Below, one piece after another: positions 60,848-64,000 of a stretch of DNA of 64,000 bases. The notes under the pieces were generated by a model that saw only the letters and a program-made list of their open reading frames with translations, was not told the origin of the DNA and made no database searches. Every line of letters starts with the position of its first letter. Positions within the stretch are counted from its first letter, which is position 1. The DNA comes from Candidatus Latescibacterota bacterium. Its GTDB lineage: Bacteria > Latescibacterota > UBA2968 > UBA8231. The stretch is from NCBI GenBank assembly GCA_963422735.1, contig OY730476.1, forward strand, positions 1,664,001 to 1,728,000, read 5' to 3'. The position numbers were made by a program, and so were the translations under genes.

Positions 60848-61924
60848 ATGAGCAAGTGGAAAATCGCCGGAATCAACTTCGACCATCTGCACATGGGCGA
60901 CAATCTGCGCATGGCCTTTGAGCACGCAGACGTCGAGATCGTCGGCATTTGCGACGAGCAGCCCGAGCGCATGAGGCAGGCGTGTGAGGATTTCGCCATT
61001 CCAGCCGACCGGGTTTTCAGCGACTACCGGGCGTGTTTGGAAAAGACCCGGCCGGACATCGTCCTTTTGTGCCCGGCCACGGCCGAACACGGGGAGTGGA
61101 CCGAAAAGGTCGCGCCTTTTGGCGTGCATATTATCATGGAAAAACCCTTTGCCGCCACCCTCGCCGAGGCGGACCGGATGCAGCGGGCCATGGAAGGGAC
61201 GGGCAAACTGTTGGCGATCAACTGGCCGCTGGCTTGGTATCCGCCGCACCGCACCGCACGGCGGCTCATCACTGCCGGCGAGATCGGCGAGGTGATCGAA
61301 GTCCACTACTACGACGGCAACCGAGGACCGCTGTGGCACCTCGCCGACAAAGTGGAGCGCACGGCCGATGGTGTCGAGCGCGAAAAGCCCACGAGTTGGT
61401 TTTACAAAAAGGCAACGGGCGGCGGCTCCCTGTTAGATTACCTAGGCTACGGCACCACATTGGGTGCCTGGTACATGGACGGCCGGGCACCGATTGAGGT
61501 GACAGCGACCGTAGATCAGCCCCAAGGGCTCGAAGTAGATGAGCACTGCATTGCGGTGGCGCGCTACGAGCGAGGCCTGTCGAAATTCGAGACGCGCTGG
61601 GGCACCTTTACCGACCCTTGGACCCTGCAACCCCAGCCCAAGTGCGGCTTCGTCATCGTCGGCAGCAAGGGCACGATCAGCTCCTACGACTACGAGGAGG
61701 TAATCCGCGTACAGACGCGGGCGCAACCAGCAGTCGAGCAACGGCCCGTAGATGTGCTCGAACCGCCTTTCCAGAATCCCATCCAGTACGTGATTCACTG
61801 TATCGAAGAGGGCCAACCCATTGAGGGACCGCTCTCGCCGGCCCTGTGCCGCATCGGGCAACAGATCGTCGATACCGCTTATCAGAGCGCCGCGCAGAAG
61901 CGCACGTTGCCCCTGGTTCAATAG
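60848..61924 (+). CDS. Gfo/Idh/MocA oxidoreductase
   Basis: MEKPFA, GGGSLLDYLGYG. Confidence 0.9.
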   Translation: MSKWKIAGINFDHLHMGDNLRMAFEHADVEIVGICDEQPERMRQACEDFAIPADRVFSDYRACLEKTRPDIVLLCPATAEHGEWTEKVAPFGVHIIMEKPFAATLAEADRMQRAMEGTGKLLAINWPLAWYPPHRTARRLITAGEIGEVIEVHYYDGNRGPLWHLADKVERTADGVEREKPTSWFYKKATGGGSLLDYLGYGTTLGAWYMDGRAPIEVTATVDQPQGLEVDEHCIAVARYERGLSKFETRWGTFTDPWTLQPQPKCGFVIVGSKGTISSYDYEEVIRVQTRAQPAVEQRPVDVLEPPFQNPIQYVIHCIEEGQPIEGPLSPALCRIGQQIVDTAYQSAAQKRTLPLVQ

Positions 61925-61927
61925 CTT

Positions 61928-63043
61928 ATGGCAGAAAGCCAAGATAGCGGCTACGGCCGAGGCAAAACCGGGTCGGAAGCTGAAGTAGCAGCTCCAGATT
62001 TGCCCTACCAGCCGCGCGATCCGGTGACCTATCGTCCGCAGATCGGCTTGATTGGCTGCGGAGGCATATCCGAGATGCACTTGCGGGCCTATAAAAACGC
62101 CGGCTATGAGGTCGCGGCCCTGTGCAGCCGAGATCGGGGGCGCGTCGAGCAGCGGCGGGAATTCTACCCGGCGGCCGACACATACCTCGACTATCGGGAG
62201 CTGCTCGCCCGCGACGATGTCGAGGTGGTGGACATTACGCCCCATCCGCAGGAGCGGCTGCCGATTCTCGAAGCGGCCATTGACGCTGGCAAACACGTCC
62301 TGAGCCAGAAGCCTTTTGTGCTCGACTTGGATGTGGGCGAACAACTCATTGCGCAGGCCGAGCGACGCGGCTTGCAACTAGCCGTCAACCAGAATGGCCG
62401 TTGGGCACCGCATTTTAGCTACATGCGCCACGCTGTGGCCGCTGGCTTAGTCGGCCAAGTGCAGAGCGTTGAGTTCGCCGTGCATTGGGACCACAACTGG
62501 ATTGCTGGCTCCGCTTTTGACGCGGTGGACGATCTGGTGCTCTATGACTTTGGGATGCACTGGTTCGATATGGCGGTGGTGCTCTTAGGCAGCGAAAAGC
62601 CGCAAAGGGTCCACGCTTCCGCTCGGCACGCAGCCGGCCAAGAGGCCAAACCGCCGCTTTTGGCCCAAGCGGCGATTGAGTGCGCGGGGGCGCAGGCGAC
62701 AATCTTCTTTAACGGCAACACTCGCCAGGGACAACAAGACCACACTTATCTCGTCGGCACGGAGGGCGCAATAGGGGCCAGTGGTGTAGATCTGACCGCG
62801 CAGGAAGTCATCTTATACACCGCAGCGGGTGTGGCCCGGCCGCAGCTTACAGGGACGTGGTTTGAGCAAGGTTTTCACGGGACCATGGCCGAACTGCTCT
62901 GCGCCGTCGAGGAAGGCCGCGAACCTTCTAACAGCGCCCGCGCCAATCTCGCAAGCTTGGCGCTGTGCTTTGCGGTCGTGGCGAGCGCCCGCAGTGGAAA
63001 GCCAGTAGTGCCGGGGACGGTGCGACGATTGCCCGGCCGTTAA
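61928..63043 (+). CDS. Gfo/Idh/MocA oxidoreductase
   Basis: IGCGGI, SQKPF, NQNGRWAP, DFGMHWFD. Confidence 0.9.
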   Translation: MAESQDSGYGRGKTGSEAEVAAPDLPYQPRDPVTYRPQIGLIGCGGISEMHLRAYKNAGYEVAALCSRDRGRVEQRREFYPAADTYLDYRELLARDDVEVVDITPHPQERLPILEAAIDAGKHVLSQKPFVLDLDVGEQLIAQAERRGLQLAVNQNGRWAPHFSYMRHAVAAGLVGQVQSVEFAVHWDHNWIAGSAFDAVDDLVLYDFGMHWFDMAVVLLGSEKPQRVHASARHAAGQEAKPPLLAQAAIECAGAQATIFFNGNTRQGQQDHTYLVGTEGAIGASGVDLTAQEVILYTAAGVARPQLTGTWFEQGFHGTMAELLCAVEEGREPSNSARANLASLALCFAVVASARSGKPVVPGTVRRLPGR

Positions 63044-63091
63044 GCCGCCTACAATTTTGCCGCCAGACGGCAATCCTCTTGGAGGTTTTCT

Positions 63092-63940
63092 ATGGATTCG
63101 ACCTGCCTGCAACACCCCTTGACCAAGGAGGAACGCCGCCAATTTGAAAAAGATGGCTTCTTCATCGTCCGCGATGTGCTGCCCTTGGATTTGGTAGATA
63201 AGCTCATTCCCATCGTCGATCGCCTCGATGCCGAGTACCGGCTGCAAAAAGGGCTGGAAAAGCACCAGATGCACAACTTGTTCGACTTTATCGGCAAAGA
63301 TGAACTCTTTCTGGCGTTGCTCGACTGGCCAAAGACATTCGCCAAGGTCTTTGGGATTTTGGGCTGGCACATTCAGCTCTACCACTCGCACTTGATCGTT
63401 ACTCCGCCTTTAGACGGCGTCGTGCCCAAACGCAAGCGGCTAGGCTGGCATCAAGACAGCGGGCGGCTCAACATCGACTTGGAGACTCAGCCCCGGCCGA
63501 GGGTCTCGCTCAAGGTGGCGTACTTTCTCACGGACTGCACCGAGACCAATCGCGGCAATTTCCACGCCGTACCCGGCTCGCATCTGAAAAGCGAGGTCGA
63601 GATGCCAGCGGACGAGGACTTAGATCCAGCGGGCGCAGTGCCGATCCAAGTGGCGGCGGGAGACGCGGTATTTTTTGACCGACGGATCTGGCATGCGGCC
63701 GGCCACAACTTTTCGCCCGAGGCGCGCAAGGCACTGTTTTACGGCTATAGCTACCGCTGGTTGCGGCCGCGCGACGACATGACGGTGGAGCACCTGATGG
63801 ACCGCTGCGATCCAATCCGACAGCAGCTACTCGGTGCCGGTCCGAGCGGCGGGCACGGCTACACCTCGCCCAAAGAAGAAGACGTGCCGCTGAGAGAGTG
63901 GATTCGCGAGCATCTGGGTGGAGAAGCGGTGGTGCAATAA
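63092..63940 (+). CDS. PhyH/ectoine-hydroxylase-like Fe(II)/2OG dioxygenase
   Basis: GWHQD, VPGSH, GDAVFFDRRIWH, NFS...RK. Confidence 0.9.
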   Translation: MDSTCLQHPLTKEERRQFEKDGFFIVRDVLPLDLVDKLIPIVDRLDAEYRLQKGLEKHQMHNLFDFIGKDELFLALLDWPKTFAKVFGILGWHIQLYHSHLIVTPPLDGVVPKRKRLGWHQDSGRLNIDLETQPRPRVSLKVAYFLTDCTETNRGNFHAVPGSHLKSEVEMPADEDLDPAGAVPIQVAAGDAVFFDRRIWHAAGHNFSPEARKALFYGYSYRWLRPRDDMTVEHLMDRCDPIRQQLLGAGPSGGHGYTSPKEEDVPLREWIREHLGGEAVVQ

Positions 63941-64000
63941 AATTAGGCTGCCGTCAGGCCCACGAAGAGCCGGCTGGACAGGCTGGTCAGCGGCTCGACC

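Overview
GC-rich bacterial chromosomal window with no rRNA, tRNA, CRISPR array or intact transposase recognised. Its gene content (FG-GAP proteins with FlgD-Ig tails, GHL10, DUF4159, several PhyH and Gfo/Idh/MocA paralogs) suggests a Latescibacterota/Gemmatimonadota-like lineage; this is an inference only. 1-14 kb is housekeeping: ECF sigma with a sigma54 promoter, SEC-C protein, rfbC, OPRTase-like gene, smc, gatC-pyrG-lptC/A-lptB-rpoN. 14-38 kb holds metabolic clusters: a triple-RidA/TPP-decarboxylase/LarA-like operon, GHMP kinase, mtnP, nuclease-DinG helicase, modABC, an rpoZ-like gene and an AKR-SIS-SDR-ROK-MetE-like operon. 38-60 kb is an eroding accessory region; about 19 gene remnants are seen across the window, most of them here. 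The best candidate for an undescribed system is 41.9-49.5 kb. There a propeller/Y_Y_Y-sigma54 activator lies divergent from an operon encoding an A24-peptidase remnant, a CxxC/FMN-binding protein, two thioredoxin-fold proteins, a 27-aa coupled uORF and a secreted six-cysteine peptide, followed by a 14-bp hairpin and an FG-GAP protein. All family calls come from motif recognition by eye, not from database searches.
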